Source: Lama guanicoe (taxonomy: Eukaryota). From it: 64,000 nt of DNA. The stretch's first letter is position 1. Each line of letters starts with the position of its first letter. The translations under genes were made by a program, and so were the position numbers. This document shows, one piece after another, positions 61,840-64,000 of this stretch. The notes beneath the pieces were generated by a model. That model was not told the DNA's origin and made no database searches. It saw only the letters and a program-made list of their open reading frames with translations. The DNA is taken from positions 248,001 through 312,000 of the forward strand of contig MU054033.1 of NCBI GenBank assembly GCA_013239625.1, given 5' to 3'.

Positions 61840-63400
61840 CGACACTACCACTGTTTGTTTATTCCTCACGTGGTCATGGAGTGCCCCCTGCATGCCGGAG
61901 CTCCGGGTGCTGGAGACCAGAGCATCACTCAGAGCCTGCCATCCTGGTGTGAGACAGACACGGACAGGGTCGGCCACGGGTGGGCCCTGAGGGCTCCCAG
62001 AGGAGGCCTCGCTCGTGAGTGAACCTTGGAGCAGAGGAGGTGGGGGGTGAGCTGCAGGAAGGCCTGGAGAAGAGCTTTCCAGGCAGAGGGAAGATACATG
62101 CAAACCCCAGAGGGAGAAGGGGCTGGAATCTTTGCTAATAAGGGAGTGAAGGATTAAGGAGTTGAGGTGAGGTCAGGAGCGTGCGTGTGTGTGTGCGCGC
62201 GTGCGTGTGTGGAGGGGCTGGAAACGGGGCTCTGGCTGCTCCAAAGAGGAGGTGGAAGGTGCTGGAAGCTGTTGAGCACAAAAGCATTCATCTGACGTGC
62301 TGAATAAGGTCAGGGCAGGCCTGTAGAGAGGGTGGCATTCTATGGGAGAGATCCAAGCAGAAGGAGCGTGGTAAGCTTTGTGTAAGCACACGTAGATAAA
62401 AGTGCATGAATTCCCACATCACGACACCATGGTGGCAACCTCCTGGAAACCTCTGACCTGCTCCTCCCGGGCGGTCACCCCCACAGTAACCAGTCTTGTG
62501 ACCTCCGTCCCTGCAGATGGCTCTGCCTGTTCATGACTGTGGTTTAAGTGGGATCATACAATACAGTCTTTCGTGTCTGGCTTCTGCTCAGCCTCACACT
62601 TTTTTGAGAGTCACCCCTGCTGTTACAGGCGATGGTGTTTGAGGCCCCTTTTAGAGGTGCAAGTGTGTCTGCCGTGTGGACAGCAGATGCGGACGGGAGG
62701 GTAGACCCCGGGAAGCCTGGGGTGGGGCTGCCACGTGACCCAGCAGAGCCGGGGTTCCTGGGACTGGGCGTGAGGAGGGCGGGGTGAGGACTGCCGCATG
62801 CTGATGCATTTTGAAGATAGAGCAAAGAGCATTTCTTGATGACGCTAGAGGAAGAGGAGCCGAAGGTAAGGCAGAGTCAGAGTTTAGGGAGGCGGGCAGC
62901 TACAGGGGGGCCGTCGGTGGAGAAAAGTGGGATCCCTGCTTGGACAAGCCGAGCGTGATGTGTCTGTGAGACGTGCAGGTGGAGATGTGAGCGGGTCCTC
63001 CGGTTTCTGAGCCTGGCTTTTCCGTGGAGAGGTCTGGTTCGGAAAGGCAAGCTGGGGTCTGGGCATTTTGCGGTTGTTGAAAGCTGGGTCCCTGAGGGGA
63101 GGGGACAGAAAGACAGGGAAAGTGTCTGCAGGCCCAGCTCTGGGGCCCTCTGGCGTTTACAGGGCCAGAGGTGAGAAGACACTCGCAATGGAGAGGGAGG
63201 CAGGAGAGGATCCAAACATGGGAAGGGCAGTGAAGGGAGTCCAGGACGATGTGCATCAGAACACACGGGTGGCCCCGTGTCAGTGCTGAGCAGCGTGATG
63301 GCCAAACATGGTCAGGCAGGTTGCTCCATTCCCTCCGGGCTGTGCTGCTCTTCGGGAAGAGAGGTGGGGGTGGTGTAAATATTATGAGAAAGAGGGAATG
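61840..63400 (+). mobile_element. Degenerate L2 fragments (with an L1ME-like piece at ~62380-62640)
   Basis: ttccaggcagagggaagatacatgcaaacccc, attttgaagatagagcaaagagcatttcttgatg, tttggacaagccgag-like and ggagaggtctggttcgga motifs typical of L2. Confidence 0.55.
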
Positions 63401-63686
63401 CCAGCCTGAGGGGAAGGGATCTGGGAAGGCGCCACGGCTGCTGCCGGAATCCCCGGGGAGATGAAGCTGAGAGGACAGCCGTGTCCTGACGGATGTCTGA
63501 TGGAGGGCGGCCATGGGGCACATCCTCGGGAGAAGGACGCTGGGCGCCAGCGTGATTAGCACGTTGTTCGCTGTCCCCTCCAGCGCGTGGGCTCGCCCAT
63601 CCCCGCAGCTCTGTGCCTAGTCCGGGTCCTCGTTCGTTCTTTCTCACCGAGGCTTCGCTCTGTCTCTGTCAGCCTGCTCCTCGCAG

Positions 63687-63735
63687 GTGCAAAAGTCAGG
63701 CTCAGATCAGCGTTCACTGTAAAGAAGCTTTGAAG
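63687..63735 (+). other. Candidate 49-nt internal exon
   Basis: Pyrimidine-rich acceptor ctgctcctcgcag|G and consensus donor AAG|GTAAGT. Confidence 0.45.
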
Positions 63736-63751
63736 GTAAGTAACACCGCCT

Positions 63752-64000
63752 CTTACGGGCTGAATCGAGTCCCCCTAAAATAGACATAATGGAGTCCAGA
63801 CCCCCAATATCTCAGAGCGTGACCTGCTTTGGAGACGGCGTCTTTGTGGAAGTAAGGAAGCTGCGGGCACTCGGGTGGGCCCCAGTGCACTGTGACGGGT
63901 GTCTCCTCGCCGAGGGAGGACAGCGCGAGGACACAGCGAGAACCTGGCCGAGGAGAGAGGCTGCCGGAGACACGGGCCTGCCAACCCTTCGGTCTTGGAT
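63752..64000 (+). mobile_element. MLT1B-like LTR (runs off window)
   Basis: ttacgggctgaatcgagtccccctaaaat...cccccaatatctcagagcgtgacctgctttggagacgg...ggtgggccccagtgcactgtgacgggtgtctcct...cctgccaacccttcggtcttgga. Confidence 0.8.

Noticed and set aside
357..63984. The hundreds of 60-230 aa ORFs in the supplied track
   Set aside because: They overlap on both strands, often start at GTG/TTG and have GC-driven composition. This is expected noise in GC-rich mammalian non-coding DNA.
9700..64000. Naming the host gene
   Set aside because: No exon matched a protein or UTR I recognise. Any gene symbol would be a guess.

Overview
This is eukaryotic, mammalian genomic DNA, most likely from a camelid (camel, alpaca or vicuña). 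The evidence is five copies of a tRNA-Ala-derived SINE of the Vic-1 type plus cetartiodactyl-type L1 3' ends, with no bovid or suid SINEs recognised. The window is GC- and CpG-rich and mostly intronic or intergenic. The supplied ORFs mostly look like chance GC-rich frames or L1 remnants. Interspersed repeats account for much of it: L1 of several ages, MLT1/MLT2/ERV1 solo LTRs, MER5A, MER20, MIR and L2, several with target-site duplications (TSDs) or nested in one another. The best gene-like signals are on the + strand. One is a phase-consistent chain of candidate exons (1-72, 285-360, 1587-1755) followed by a terminal exon with a poly(A) signal (6420-~6560), which could be the 3' end of a gene I do not recognise. 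The others are CpG-rich promoter-like blocks (~10 kb, ~35 kb, ~39.5 kb) and several short exon candidates, consistent with the long 5' region of a multi-promoter gene that I cannot name. I see no prokaryotic features (CRISPR, operons, rRNA) and no convincing novel biological system. Repeat family names are from recalled consensus motifs and need RepeatMasker/Dfam confirmation; repeat boundaries are approximate.
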